NCBI GenBank assembly: GCA_963827755.1
Contig: CAWHCQ010000028.1
Coordinates: 1 to 64,000, forward strand
Direction of reading: 5' to 3'
Length of the DNA: 64,000 bases
DNA from: an uncultured Gammaproteobacteria bacterium
GTDB taxonomy: Bacteria; Pseudomonadota; Gammaproteobacteria; UBA9214
The notes beneath the pieces are model-generated. The model was not told the DNA's origin, did not search any database, and worked only from the letters and a program-made list of their open reading frames with translations. Shown one piece after another: positions 41,866-52,506 of this stretch. Position numbers and translations under genes: made by a program. Positions within the stretch are counted from its first letter, which is position 1, and every line of letters starts with the position of its first letter.

Positions 41866-42334
41866 TCAGATCTTGATCAGTTCGCTGCGGTCGCCTGCAC
41901 GATAGCCGTTGCACTGAACGAAAAAGCCAGGCTCTTCGATCTTCGACATATCTGCCTGCGGCTTGCCACCGTAAGGATCAATAGAACCTTCCGGGGTGGT
42001 ACGAATCGGGAACTTGAAGCGCTTCAGATTGCCGTTGCGGAACTTGATGGTCCACATGATGGAGTCAGAACCACGCAGCGGCTGCACAGAACCACCCAGC
42101 GGTACGATATCGGCATAGTGACGGCATTCGATGGCCTGCTGCGGGCAAATCTTCACGCAGGCATAGCATTCCCAGCACTGCTCAGGCTCCTGGTTATAGG
42201 CCTTCATGGCATGACCGGTTTCTGAGCCGTCCTTGTCGAGCTTCATCAAGATCATGCGGGCAGATGTACATGCAAGCAGTCTTGTCCTGACCCTTACAGC
42301 CGTCGCACTTATCAGTACGTACAAATGTTGGCAT
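41866..42334 (-). CDS. aprB: Adenylylsulfate reductase beta subunit; +1 frameshift near 42248
   Basis: MPTFVRTDKCDGCKGQDKTACMYICP from ATG 42334; after removing one base it reads DLMKLD...CWECYACVKICP...FKFPIRTTPEG. Confidence 0.93.
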
Positions 42335-42422
42335 GTTAGTTCTCCATCAATTTTTAAGTGCTTACTGCAGATTTAACACTCTCGCAGCTCCAACCCGGCA
42401 GCCGCGGTCTCTGGAGTCGTCG

Positions 42423-43640
42423 CTACTTGGCGGAATGGCCGCTCATCTTGATCTCGACCTTTTCATCATCCTTCAGGCTGCCGTAATACTTGCGCAGGAT
42501 AGTGAGCACTTCCGGACGGGAGAACTTGTCGGATACATCTTCACCCTCGGACAGCGCCTTGCGCAGCTTGGTGCCTGACAGCAGGATGCGGTCGCCGCCC
42601 TCATGCGGACAGGTCTTCATCGACGCCATGCCGTCGCACTTGTTGCACCAGAACGTCCAGTCGATTTTCAGCGGCTGCGTTTCCAGCGAACCGGCCGGAA
42701 TCTCGTCAAAAATGTGATGCGCATCGAACGGGCCGTAGTAGTCACCGACACCGGCATGGTCGCGGCCGACGATCTGGTGCGAGCAACCGTAGTTCTGGCG
42801 GAACACGGCGTGCAGCAGGGCCTCGCGCGGACCTGCATAGCGCATGTCCAGCGGGTAGCCGGCCTGGATCACGGTGTTATCGGCAAAGTACTTGTCGATC
42901 AGCGTGCCAATGGCGTTGCTGCGCACGTCGGCCGGAATATCGCCGGGCTTCAGCTTGCCAAGCAGGGAATGAATCAGCACACCGTCGAGCGTCTCGATGG
43001 CTATCTTGGCGAGGTATTCGTGGGAACGGTGCATCGGGTTGCGTGTCTGGAAACAGGCGATCTCGTTCCAGTTACGTTTTTCGAATTCTGCGCGGGTCTG
43101 CGCGGGGGTCATGAACTGGTCGCCGTAGGTTTCGGGAAAACCGCCCTGGGAGAGGACCTTGATCGGGCCGGCGAGGTTGACGTCGCCCTGCGCCATGACC
43201 ATCTTCACGCCCGGGTGTTCTTCATCCCTGGTCTTGTAGACCATCATGCACTCGTGCGCCTTGTCGATGCTGTACTTCTCGGTGACCGTCATGGTGGCGA
43301 GGATTTCGCCGGACTCGGAATCGGCCAGCGCGATGTCATCGCCTTCGCTGATGCCCTTGGCCGTCGCGGCATCGGTGGACAGGGTGATCGGGATCGGCCA
43401 GAACAGGCCACTGGCCATCTTCATGCCGTCACAGACGCCTTCCCAGTCCGCGTGGGTCATGAAACCGTCCAGCGGGGTAAAACCGCCGATGCCCATCATA
43501 ATGATGTCACCGGACTCGCGGGAGGAAACGCTGATCCTGGTCAGACCGGCAGCACGTTTTTGCTCGGCTGCCAGGGCCGCGCCTTCGAGCAGCAACGGCT
43601 TCAGTGCACCGCCGCCATGGGGATTAACTAGTTTGGACAT
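42423..43640 (-). CDS. sat: Sulfate adenylyltransferase (dissimilatory type)
   Basis: [32 protein letters not shown] and LSGTKLR motifs. Confidence 0.97.
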   Translation of the reverse strand: MSKLVNPHGGGALKPLLLEGAALAAEQKRAAGLTRISVSSRESGDIIMMGIGGFTPLDGFMTHADWEGVCDGMKMASGLFWPIPITLSTDAATAKGISEGDDIALADSESGEILATMTVTEKYSIDKAHECMMVYKTRDEEHPGVKMVMAQGDVNLAGPIKVLSQGGFPETYGDQFMTPAQTRAEFEKRNWNEIACFQTRNPMHRSHEYLAKIAIETLDGVLIHSLLGKLKPGDIPADVRSNAIGTLIDKYFADNTVIQAGYPLDMRYAGPREALLHAVFRQNYGCSHQIVGRDHAGVGDYYGPFDAHHIFDEIPAGSLETQPLKIDWTFWCNKCDGMASMKTCPHEGGDRILLSGTKLRKALSEGEDVSDKFSRPEVLTILRKYYGSLKDDEKVEIKMSGHSAK

Positions 43641-43942
43641 GAGATTCCTTCCCGTTGTTAGCTGTGAATTCTGTTGTCATTCAGCCGTGTATTGCTGCCA
43701 GGTTCTTGAACAGACAAGCACACGCACCTGTGACAGGGCCGCTTACGATACCCCTTTGGCACTGAATTTCAAACCAGTAATATCTTGCCGTGAATAAACC
43801 CAGCTTATCCAGAGACGATGCCGACCTGCATGATTCAACACACTGTTTATAAATTAAATTTATGTTTTCTCAATATCGGTACCCGGTAATGAAACCATGC
43901 TCCTACCCCAGTCCTGCAAGGGGTATTTGCAGGTGAAACCGT

Positions 43943-44731
43943 TCACACCCCGAGAATCATTTTCAGGCCGATCAGCGCCAGGATGACGGCAAACAGCCGC
44001 TGCAGGGTTTTGCGTGGCAGGTAATGCGCCAGCCGGGCCCCGACCGGGGCGAGCGGGACGCTCGCCAGCGCAATCAAAAAAACCGCCGGCCAGTAGATAT
44101 ACCCGGTCGCCGGTCCGCCCCGCTCGCCGGCATGCCAGCCGCTGAGCGCAAATCCGGCGGCACCGGCGAGGGCGATCGGTAATCCGCAGGTCGCCGCCGT
44201 GCCGACCGCGGTGCGAATATCAACCCGGTGCCAGAGCAGAAACGGGACGCTGAGGGTGCCACCGCCAATCCCGAGAATGGCGGAGACCGCCCCGATGACT
44301 GCCCCGGCCACCCCCAGGCCTGCGGAGCCCGGCAAGACACGATGCGCCGCGGCCTGAATGCCAAGCAATAAATGCACCGCCACCAGAATTTCAAATATCC
44401 CGAACAGCAGGGCCAGGCCGGGGCTGCTGATCCGGCCTGCCAGCCAGGCACCTGCCAGGGCGCCCGCGAGGATGCCCGGCGTCAGCCCGCGCACCGCCTG
44501 CCAGTGGACGCTGTTACGGCGGTGATGCGCCAGCAATGAGGACATCGAAGTCGGAATGATGGTAGCCAGCGAGCTGCCGAGCGCAAAATGCATCACGCTG
44601 TCAGCGGCAAAACCCTGGCTGGCAAACAACAGCGCCAGCGCCGGCACAATGACCAGTCCGCCGCCGATACCCAGCAACCCGGCCATGAGCCCGGCGATCG
44701 CACCGGTGAACAGGTAGGTCAGCAGGTCCAT
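43943..44731 (-). CDS. TSUP/TauE-family sulfite exporter-like permease
   Basis: GLLGIGGG...VP and GIGGG...VP duplicated motif; about 8 TM segments. Confidence 0.88.
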   Translation of the reverse strand: MDLLTYLFTGAIAGLMAGLLGIGGGLVIVPALALLFASQGFAADSVMHFALGSSLATIIPTSMSSLLAHHRRNSVHWQAVRGLTPGILAGALAGAWLAGRISSPGLALLFGIFEILVAVHLLLGIQAAAHRVLPGSAGLGVAGAVIGAVSAILGIGGGTLSVPFLLWHRVDIRTAVGTAATCGLPIALAGAAGFALSGWHAGERGGPATGYIYWPAVFLIALASVPLAPVGARLAHYLPRKTLQRLFAVILALIGLKMILGV

Positions 44732-44884
44732 TTGGAAGAGTCATCTCGCGCGAAGACGCGAAGGAACAAAGAAAAAACGGGAAACTTCTGCCACACGACG
44801 CGGGGTGCGGGAGATCGGGTAACTGCAATCCTGCTCAGCCCCGCACCTGCATCCAGGCGGGGACAGCGGGGGAACAGGGAAATA

Positions 44885-45301
44885 TCAGGGCAGCTGCGCG
44901 ACGACCACTGCAGGCGACATGGACTGCATGGCCAGAAGGTCAGCGGAGAATTCCTCGATCTCGGCACTGACGCGTGCCAGTTCGTTCTTCGCCTGGTCGT
45001 AGCGAATTTTTTTGTAACCGGCGTAGAGCAGGCCGCCCGGCATGATGGCCGTGATGACGGCGTCGCCGCCATCGAGTTTCTGCTCCGCAACGGACAGCAC
45101 GAGTGCCTGCTTGCGCGCTATCATCTGGCTGCGCAATTTCTTGATTGTCTTGACCAGTGCGACGCGATCAACAGCCGGTAACTGGGTGCCGGGCTGGTTC
45201 GTGACCGGCAGCGGTGCTTGCCCGGCATGTGCCGGCTGCAACATGAATGAAGCGGTAAAAACAACAAGCGCAATAAACAGTCTGTTCCGGGTCTTGTTCA
45301 T
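44885..45301 (-). CDS. Exported hypothetical protein
   Basis: GAGG RBS; signal peptide ending AHA. Confidence 0.7.
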   Translation of the reverse strand: MNKTRNRLFIALVVFTASFMLQPAHAGQAPLPVTNQPGTQLPAVDRVALVKTIKKLRSQMIARKQALVLSVAEQKLDGGDAVITAIMPGGLLYAGYKKIRYDQAKNELARVSAEIEEFSADLLAMQSMSPAVVVAQLP

Positions 45302-45604
45302 GGTGTTCCTCTGCGAGTCTGTTCGGGTTTCGGCTATTGGCCAGAAGTTAATAAACATAGTAACATGATTTCATAAATTCCGTTTATAGGACTTATAAAT
45401 ACAGTCATTAAATGACCTGTATTCATGCGAATGAAAACACTAATCAAATGGAAAAGTGTTTTCTTTCAAACCTGCCAATAGTTGTCGTTCAGAAGTAATT
45501 CAACAACCTGAAATCGACCTGTTAACGGCACGGGCAGGCCTGCAGTGCTGGCGTGTTTTTTACGCACGCAACAGGGCCTGTTTTCCTGTTAAGAAGTTGC
45601 CGGT

Positions 45605-45853
45605 TCAGGCCAGCGTCGGGTAGTCGGTATAGCCCTTTTCATCGCCGCCATAGAACGTGGCGGGGTCCGGCGAATTCAATTCAGCGTCCGTCCTGAAGCG
45701 TTCCACCAGGTCCGGGTTGGCGAGGTACAACTGGCCGAATGACACCATGTCTGCCGCGCCCGAGGCAATGGCGGATTGGGCGCGCACCATGTCACCTTCC
45801 ACCACGTGCAGGTACCCCAGGCCGATGGGCGAAAACAAATCAACCTTCGTCAT
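45605..45853 (-). pseudogene. Internally deleted old yellow enzyme (NemA-like) remnant
   Basis: LFSPI.LG N-terminus joined to YLHVVEGDM and then ADMVSFGQLYLANPDLVERF...TFYGGDEKGYTDYP; about 82 aa versus about 360 for the family. Confidence 0.8.
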
Positions 45854-45914
45854 TTCTTCTGTACCGGTATTCATGCTGAATCCTCCTCAAACGCAGGGAA
45901 CATGCTAGCGGGTT

Positions 45915-45939
45915 GTCGCGGATGAGATCCGCTCCTGCA
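45915..45939 (-). repeat. REP-like singlet GCAGGAGCGGATCTCATCCGCGA
   Basis: Same GYAGGAGC-stem architecture as 39668 and 55286. Confidence 0.6.
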
Positions 45940-46099
45940 GGGGTTTTTCCCGGGAAACAGGAACCGGCGTCAGCTCTTTCCCCGGGTACTCTCGGTAACT
46001 GCTCCTGCGTTACACTACCTCCTGCATCCCTGCAGTCGTGTGATCTTCATGGCAAAAGCTTTTCTTTGCGCCTTTGCGTCTTTGCGCGAACCGTTTTTT

Positions 46100-47464
46100 T
46101 TATTTGATCCAGATGGTCTTCGCATTCATAAACTCCTGCATTCCCAGGCGCGACAGCTCCCGACCGTAGCCCGAATTCTTCACCCCGCCGAATGGCAGCC
46201 GCGGGTCGCTCTTGACCAGGCCATTGACGAAGGCACAACCACATTCAAGTTGCCGCGCCAGCCGTTCGCCGCGCGCACTGTCCTGCGTCCAGATGCTGCC
46301 GCCGAGGCCAAACTCCGTGTCGTTGGCAATGCGTATCGCATCCGCCTCATCCTCTGCCCGGATAACACTGGCCACCGGCCCGAATAACTCTTCGTGGTAT
46401 GCACACACGTCAGGGGTGACATGATCCAGTATCGATGCCTGGTAATACGCGCCGCTGCCGGTTTCAAAGTTACACCCGGTAACCGCGACCGCGCCCTGGC
46501 CAATACTCTCCACGACCTGGTGGTGTAACTCGTCGCGCAGGTCAAAGCGCGCCAACGGGCCTATTTGTGTGGACTCATCCAGCGGGTCACCGACCTGCAG
46601 TGCATCAACAGCGGCCTTGAATCGCCCGACAAAGTCATCGGCAATGGCATTGACCACAATGAAGCGCTTGGCGGCAATACAGCTTTGTCCACTGTTCAGA
46701 TAGCGCGAGGTCACGGCCGCTTCCACCGCAAGATCCATGTCGGCATCCTCGAGCACAATGAACGGATCCGAGCCACCCAGCTCCAGCACCGACTTCTTGA
46801 CCTGAGCGCCCGCGGTGGCTGCCACCTGCCGGCCGGCCGGCTCACTGCCGGTCAGGGTCACGGCATGCACGCGCTTGTCCTCGATGACCCCGGCGACCCG
46901 CGAGGACTGGATCATCAGGGAATGAAAGACACCGGTCGGAAAGCCCGCTTCCCGGAATACCGATTCAATGGCCAGTGCACACAAGGGCACATTGGAGGCA
47001 TGCTTCAGCAAACCGGTATTCCCGGCTACCAGGGCCGGCGCGGCAAAACGGAACACCTGCCAGAAGGGAAAGTTCCACGGCATGACAGCAAGTACCGTTC
47101 CCAGCGGCTGCCAGGCCACCAGGCTGCGGCCGGCATCGGATGCAATCACCTCATCGGCCAGAAACAGCGGCCCCTGGTCCGCGTAGTATTCGCATCCCAG
47201 GGCGCTCTTCTCGACTTCTGCAAGCGACTCCTTGAGGGGTTTACCCATTTCCAGCGTTATCATGCGGGCAAATTCGTCCGCATGACTGCGCAGCACCCCC
47301 GCGGCCGTTCGCATCAACGCACAACGCTCTGCCAGGGGTGTGGCACGCCATTTTGGCGCGGCGCTTGCCGCTTCCCGCAGTGCGGTTTCCAGTTCGGCAG
47401 CCGTAAATACAGCCACCTCCTTCAGGGTACTGCCATCTGCCGGATTCACTGACTTGAATGTCAT
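46100..47464 (-). CDS. NAD(P)-dependent succinate-semialdehyde dehydrogenase (Sad/GabD1-like)
   Basis: MPWNFPFWQ, TLTGS, LELGGSDP, GQSCIAAKR and EELFGP motifs. Confidence 0.9.
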   Translation of the reverse strand: MTFKSVNPADGSTLKEVAVFTAAELETALREAASAAPKWRATPLAERCALMRTAAGVLRSHADEFARMITLEMGKPLKESLAEVEKSALGCEYYADQGPLFLADEVIASDAGRSLVAWQPLGTVLAVMPWNFPFWQVFRFAAPALVAGNTGLLKHASNVPLCALAIESVFREAGFPTGVFHSLMIQSSRVAGVIEDKRVHAVTLTGSEPAGRQVAATAGAQVKKSVLELGGSDPFIVLEDADMDLAVEAAVTSRYLNSGQSCIAAKRFIVVNAIADDFVGRFKAAVDALQVGDPLDESTQIGPLARFDLRDELHHQVVESIGQGAVAVTGCNFETGSGAYYQASILDHVTPDVCAYHEELFGPVASVIRAEDEADAIRIANDTEFGLGGSIWTQDSARGERLARQLECGCAFVNGLVKSDPRLPFGGVKNSGYGRELSRLGMQEFMNAKTIWIK

Positions 47465-47514
47465 GCCAAAACCTCCTTTGTTACTGCGCGCGGTTTCTGT
47501 AACTATAGCGGAGT

Positions 47515-49464
47515 ATGAAGTACGTTCTCAAAATCCTTGCAACGCTGCTCATCATGGCGGCCGGCCCGGCCTGTCTGCAGGCAGATGATGACCTGAAACC
47601 GCAGCGGGAACAATTTCTGCAGGCACGCAAGGCACTGCAGGCAAAGCGCATGGATGAATTCGAAAGGCTTTTCGCGTCTTTGAAGGATTACCCGCTATAC
47701 GCCTATCTCGAATTCGACAGGTTACGCGAGTCCCTGGAACAGGCAAGCAACCGCGAGATAGCCGCCTTTATCAAGCGCTACCGGGGACAGCCCGTCAGCT
47801 GGCGCATGCGCCAGTCCTGGCTGTACGAGCTGGCCCGGCGCAAGGACTGGAAGCGGTTCCTCAAGGAATATCAAGGCGGGCAACCGGTCAGGCTGCAGTG
47901 CTACAAGCTGCAGGCTGAACTGGAAACACGCCGCTCAAAGAGCTTCGTCAAGGATGCGCTGAAACTGTGGCTGGTCGGAAAATCACAGGACGATGCCTGC
48001 GACCCGGCCTTCAAGTACCTCTCCGACAACGGCCATATAACGTCTGCGCTGATATGGCAACGTATACGGCTGGCAATGAAAAACAACCAGATCAGCCTGG
48101 CCGATTACCTGGCACGCAGCCTGTCGAGCAAGGACAGGCGCTGGGTCAACCTCTGGAAAGAGGCACACCGCGAACCTGCCAGGACCCTGCAGTCCTCAAG
48201 CCTGTCATCCGACTCGGTAATTACACGCGACATTATCCTCCACGCGCTGCGGCGCATTGCCGCGAATGATGCCATGGCAGCTCACATCAAGTGGGAGGAA
48301 ATAAAACCGCGCTACCGGTTCTCCACCGCAGCTGTCGGAGAAACTGAAAAATATATTGCAATGCAGGCCAACTGGCAAAAACTGCCGCAGGCCTATGAGT
48401 GGCTGGTCAATGTACCGGCCGCGTATGCCAGCAGCAGCGTACGCGAGTGGCGTATTCGTGCTGCAATCCGTAATCGCGACTGGAAAGCCATACTTGCACA
48501 GATCGAGGCACTGCCTGCTGCGGAAGCCGAGGACGAGGAATGGCGTTACTGGAAAGCGAAAGCCCTCGAACAGGCAGGCGAACATAAAGAGGCCATCGAT
48601 GCATATTACACACTCGCTGAAAAACGGGATTACCACGGCTTTCTTGCAGCAGATCGCCTGAAAGAACCCTATAAGACGCTTCACCAGCCGCTTGATTATG
48701 ACCCGGCTGTCGTGCGTAAACTGGAAAAAAGGGACGGCTTTATTCGTGCCCGCGAGTTGTTCAGGGCAAAACTCCATATCGATGCACGTCGTGAGTGGAA
48801 CGCTGCAACCAGCAAGCTGTCATCCGACGAACTCAAGGCAGCCTCGGCCCTTGCGCAACAATGGGGCTGGCATGACCGCGCCATTCTGACCGTAGCCAGA
48901 ACACGTGATTACAGTGACCTGCAGTTGCGTTTCCCGATTGATCATGCGGACACCATCAGCCAGATCGCCAGCAGTCGCCAGCTTGACCCGGGGCACATAT
49001 TCGCTGTCATCCGCCAGGAGAGCGCATTTGGCGAAAGCGCTCGCTCGCCGGCCGGTGCCCGCGGGCTGATGCAATTAATGCCCAGGACCGGCATGGATAC
49101 AGCACGCAAATATCATATCCCCCTGTCCGGAACCGGCCAGTTGTATGAACCGGAAACAAATATTCTGATCGGGACTGCCTACCTCGGAGATGTCATGAAA
49201 CAATATAATGGCAATATCGTGCTGGCATCCGCCGCCTACAATGCAGGGCCGCATAATGTACAGCGCTGGTTACCGCAAGAAGACAAACAGTCATCGGACA
49301 ACTGGATCGCGACGATTACATACAAGGAAACCCGCACCTATATCCAGCGCATACTTGCCTACATGGCCATCTATGACTGGCGCATGGAGCGCCTGATAAC
49401 CCCGTTGAGCAAGCGCATGCCTGATATACACCCGGAATCCCACTATGGCGAAATCTTGCGCTGA
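47515..49464 (+). CDS. slt: Soluble lytic transglycosylase Slt70
   Basis: Signal peptide; IRQES, GARGLMQLMP, AAYNAGP and ETRTY motifs. Confidence 0.93.
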   Translation: MKYVLKILATLLIMAAGPACLQADDDLKPQREQFLQARKALQAKRMDEFERLFASLKDYPLYAYLEFDRLRESLEQASNREIAAFIKRYRGQPVSWRMRQSWLYELARRKDWKRFLKEYQGGQPVRLQCYKLQAELETRRSKSFVKDALKLWLVGKSQDDACDPAFKYLSDNGHITSALIWQRIRLAMKNNQISLADYLARSLSSKDRRWVNLWKEAHREPARTLQSSSLSSDSVITRDIILHALRRIAANDAMAAHIKWEEIKPRYRFSTAAVGETEKYIAMQANWQKLPQAYEWLVNVPAAYASSSVREWRIRAAIRNRDWKAILAQIEALPAAEAEDEEWRYWKAKALEQAGEHKEAIDAYYTLAEKRDYHGFLAADRLKEPYKTLHQPLDYDPAVVRKLEKRDGFIRARELFRAKLHIDARREWNAATSKLSSDELKAASALAQQWGWHDRAILTVARTRDYSDLQLRFPIDHADTISQIASSRQLDPGHIFAVIRQESAFGESARSPAGARGLMQLMPRTGMDTARKYHIPLSGTGQLYEPETNILIGTAYLGDVMKQYNGNIVLASAAYNAGPHNVQRWLPQEDKQSSDNWIATITYKETRTYIQRILAYMAIYDWRMERLITPLSKRMPDIHPESHYGEILR

Positions 49465-49507
49465 GACTTGACTTGTACGCAATCACCCTCACAGGCAGAA
49501 ATTACAT

Positions 49508-50471
49508 ATGAGCTATGAAACAATTTGCATCCTGGGTGGCACCGGCTTCGTCGGCCAGCACCTGGTCAATCGGCTGACACATCACGGTTACAAGGTACGC
49601 GTTCTCACCCGGCGCCGCGAACGTCACCGTTCTCTCATTGTCAATCCTGACGTTACACTCATAGAGGCCGACATTTTCGACGACAGCACACTTGCCGAGA
49701 ACTTCTCCGCAAGCGATGCCGTCATCAACCTGGTTGGCATACTCAACGAAAGCGGCAAAAAAGGTGAAGGCTTTCAGCGTGCACATGTCGATCTGCCACG
49801 AAAAATTGTGGCCGCAGCGCTCGCCACCGGTGTGCGCAGACTGCTGCACATGAGTGCGCTCAATGCGGACGCTAACGAAACCGCAAGCCTCTACCTGAAA
49901 ACCAAGGGAGAAGGCGAGGACTTGCTGCATGACGCTGCCGGGAAAGGGCTGGTAGTCACCAGCTTCCGGCCCTCGGTGATCTTCGGACAGGGTGACAGTT
50001 TCTTCAACCGCTTCGCCACCTTGCTGAAATTCTCCCCGCTGCTGTTCCCGCTGGCCTGCCCGAACAGCCGTTTTTCACCGGTCTGCGTAGACGATGTCAG
50101 CGAGGCCGTCTGCCGGTCGCTGGATGACGCAACCGGCGGTGAACGGCTGGAGCTGTGCGGACCCGATGTACTGACACTGAAAGAACTGGTTGAATATACA
50201 CGCCGGCAGATCTGGTAAAAACTGTTACATCCTCGGCCTGGGTGATGGCATGTCACGCCTGCAAGCCAGGATGCTGGAGCTTGTGCCGGGCAAACCGTTT
50301 AGCATGGATAACTACCATTCCCTGCAGAAAGACAGTGTCTGCACAAATAATGCGCTGCCTTCACTGGGTATCAAGCCCACTGCCATAGCATCTGTCGTGC
50401 CGCGCTATCTGGCCGGACAAAACGCCCGCGGCCACTACCAGGATTTTCGGCGGCAGTCACGCCGCAACTAG
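49508..50471 (+). CDS. NDUFA9-like NAD(P)-binding epimerase/SDR; +1 frameshift near 50200-50213
   Basis: GGTGFVG, VINLVGIL, YLKTK and RPSVIFG; C-terminus in ORF 50190..50471. Confidence 0.85.
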
Positions 50472-50473
50472 AC

Positions 50474-51625
50474 ATGGAAATATACCTGGTTGGCGGCGCA
50501 GTACGCGACAGGCTACTTGGCCTGCCGGTCAGCGAACAGGACTGGGTGGTGGTCGGCGCGTCCCCCGAAGAAATGCTCTCGCTGGGTTACATACCGGTCG
50601 GTAAGGACTTCCCGGTATTCCTCCACCCGCAGACAAAAGAGGAATATGCGCTTGCGCGTACCGAACGCAAAACCGCGCCGGGGTATACCGGCTTTGAAAC
50701 ATGCGCCGACTCGAGTGTCACACTTGAGCAGGACCTGATGCGCCGCGATCTGACCATTAATGCAATGGCGGAAACCACAGACGGGAAATTGATCGACCCG
50801 TATAACGGCAGTGATGACCTGGCAAGCGGCGTACTGCGGCATGTTTCTTCGGCGTTTGCAGAGGATCCGGTGCGGGTATTGCGCATCGCCCGCTTCGCGG
50901 CACGCTTTGCTCACATGGGGTTCCATGTTGCACACTCTACCAACGCACTGATGCGCAACATGGTTGCAAATGGTGAAATTGACCACCTCGTGCCGGAACG
51001 GGTCTGGGCGGAACTGGAGAAAGCCCTGCGCACAAAAACGCCCGAACAGTTCATCAAGGTGCTGCTTGGCTGCAACGCCCTGTCGAGGCTTTTTCCTGAA
51101 ATGGAAATTGCGACCGGCAAAAACAGTCACGGAGACATTGACCTGCCTGTCCTGAAGCATGCGGTTGAATCGAGTGGCAAGGCCGAAATTCGCTTCGCCG
51201 CACTGATATGTGACATCGATAACGGCAAGCAGGCAGGGCTTGACGACCACAGTTTCGGCACACTCTGCGAGCGCTATCGCATACCAGGCGCCTATCGCGA
51301 GCTGGCCGGTATGGCACTGCGGCAGCGCACAACGGCACACAGGCTGGCAACGCTCTCTGCAGAAGAATTACTCGACCTGCTCAGTGCCCTCGATGCATTC
51401 CGGCGTGAACAACGATTTATTGACTTCCTTGGCGTCTGCGAGGCCGAAGCACGCAGCACAAACCCTGCATTACGGACTTACCAACCGGCGACGTTGTTGC
51501 AACAGGCAAGACAGGTCGCACTGGATGTCAGGGTTGATAGCGGCGGCCTGACCGGCAAGGCAATCGGTGAAAAGATACGCGCAGCACGCATCGAGGCGCT
51601 TGAAAAAACATTGTTGCGGTCATGA
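50474..51625 (+). CDS. cca: CCA-adding tRNA nucleotidyltransferase (HD motif degenerate)
   Basis: VGGAVRD, EYALARTERK, RRDLTINA and EDPVRVLR motifs. Confidence 0.93.
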   Translation: MEIYLVGGAVRDRLLGLPVSEQDWVVVGASPEEMLSLGYIPVGKDFPVFLHPQTKEEYALARTERKTAPGYTGFETCADSSVTLEQDLMRRDLTINAMAETTDGKLIDPYNGSDDLASGVLRHVSSAFAEDPVRVLRIARFAARFAHMGFHVAHSTNALMRNMVANGEIDHLVPERVWAELEKALRTKTPEQFIKVLLGCNALSRLFPEMEIATGKNSHGDIDLPVLKHAVESSGKAEIRFAALICDIDNGKQAGLDDHSFGTLCERYRIPGAYRELAGMALRQRTTAHRLATLSAEELLDLLSALDAFRREQRFIDFLGVCEAEARSTNPALRTYQPATLLQQARQVALDVRVDSGGLTGKAIGEKIRAARIEALEKTLLRS

Positions 51626-51644
51626 AAGGCCCCCACGGGCAGGC

Positions 51645-52442
51645 TCAATAAAACAGCAGCAGCAGAAAGATGCCCAGCCCCAGGCGATAGACTACAAACG
51701 GCAACATGCCGACCCGTTCTATCAGCAACATGAAAAAGCGAATACAAAGATAGGCGCTGGTGAAGGCCACCCCCGTGCCAATCAACAAACTTTCCCATGG
51801 CACCGGCGCAGACTGCTGGACAAGTCTTAGCGATTCATAACTGCCCGCCATAAGGATTGCCGGAATTGATAACAGAAAGGAAAAACGTGCAGCGGCAGAA
51901 CGTGTCAAACCCAGTGCCAGTGCAGCCGTCATGGTAATGCCGGAACGCGATGTACCGGGAACAAGCGCCAGCACCTGGGCAAGCCCGATCCAGAGAACAT
52001 CAATATACTCGAGCGATGCTTCGCTGCGCAGCTTGCTCCCGCGCAGGTCGGCAACACCCAGCAACACACCAAAACCAATCGTGGTCGCGGCAATGATCAG
52101 CGGTGCGCGCAGATACATTTCGATGTAATCATGAAACATCAGGCCTGTAACCGCCAGCGGCACGCTGCCGAGCAATATAAACCAGACCAGCCGGGCATCT
52201 GCGGACATCTGTCGATGCTTGCAGGACTGCAGCCATGCGCCCGACAGACGTACTATGTCATGCCTGAAATAGGCCATCACCGCGAACAGGGTGCCGATAT
52301 GGACCGCTACATCAAAGGCCAGGCCCTGGTCCGCCCAGCCGAATATCCGCGGCAACAGCACCAGGTGCGCCGAACTCGAGATCGGCAGGAACTCCGTGAA
52401 CCCCTGCATGAGGGCGAGATATACAGCGTGCAGACTATCCAT
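51645..52442 (-). CDS. uppP: Undecaprenyl-diphosphatase
   Basis: QGFTEFLPISSSAH and PGTSRSG motifs. Confidence 0.95.
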   Translation of the reverse strand: MDSLHAVYLALMQGFTEFLPISSSAHLVLLPRIFGWADQGLAFDVAVHIGTLFAVMAYFRHDIVRLSGAWLQSCKHRQMSADARLVWFILLGSVPLAVTGLMFHDYIEMYLRAPLIIAATTIGFGVLLGVADLRGSKLRSEASLEYIDVLWIGLAQVLALVPGTSRSGITMTAALALGLTRSAAARFSFLLSIPAILMAGSYESLRLVQQSAPVPWESLLIGTGVAFTSAYLCIRFFMLLIERVGMLPFVVYRLGLGIFLLLLFY

Positions 52443-52506
52443 TGGTTTGCGTTATTTGTATCACTTGTTATTTATCCAGGCGCATGATCCGGCATGCATT
52501 TTCAAA

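Larger units (their letters stand above)
44746..46089. repeat. 30-bp imperfect inverted repeats (44746-44775 and 46060-46089) bracketing 1.3 kb
   Basis: tcgcgcgaagacgcgaaggaacaaagaaaa versus reverse complement tcgcgcaaagacgcaaaggcgcaaagaaaa; 26/30 identical. Confidence 0.6.

Noticed and set aside
42241-42260. Programmed frameshifting or pseudogenisation of aprB (and thiG, sulP, mscS)
   Set aside because: No slippery heptamers; the uniform +1 pattern fits sequencing error.
42603-43631. Long antisense ORFs (also 46565..47452, 52291..53466, 36548..37453)
   Set aside because: Shadow frames of well-supported genes in GC-rich DNA.
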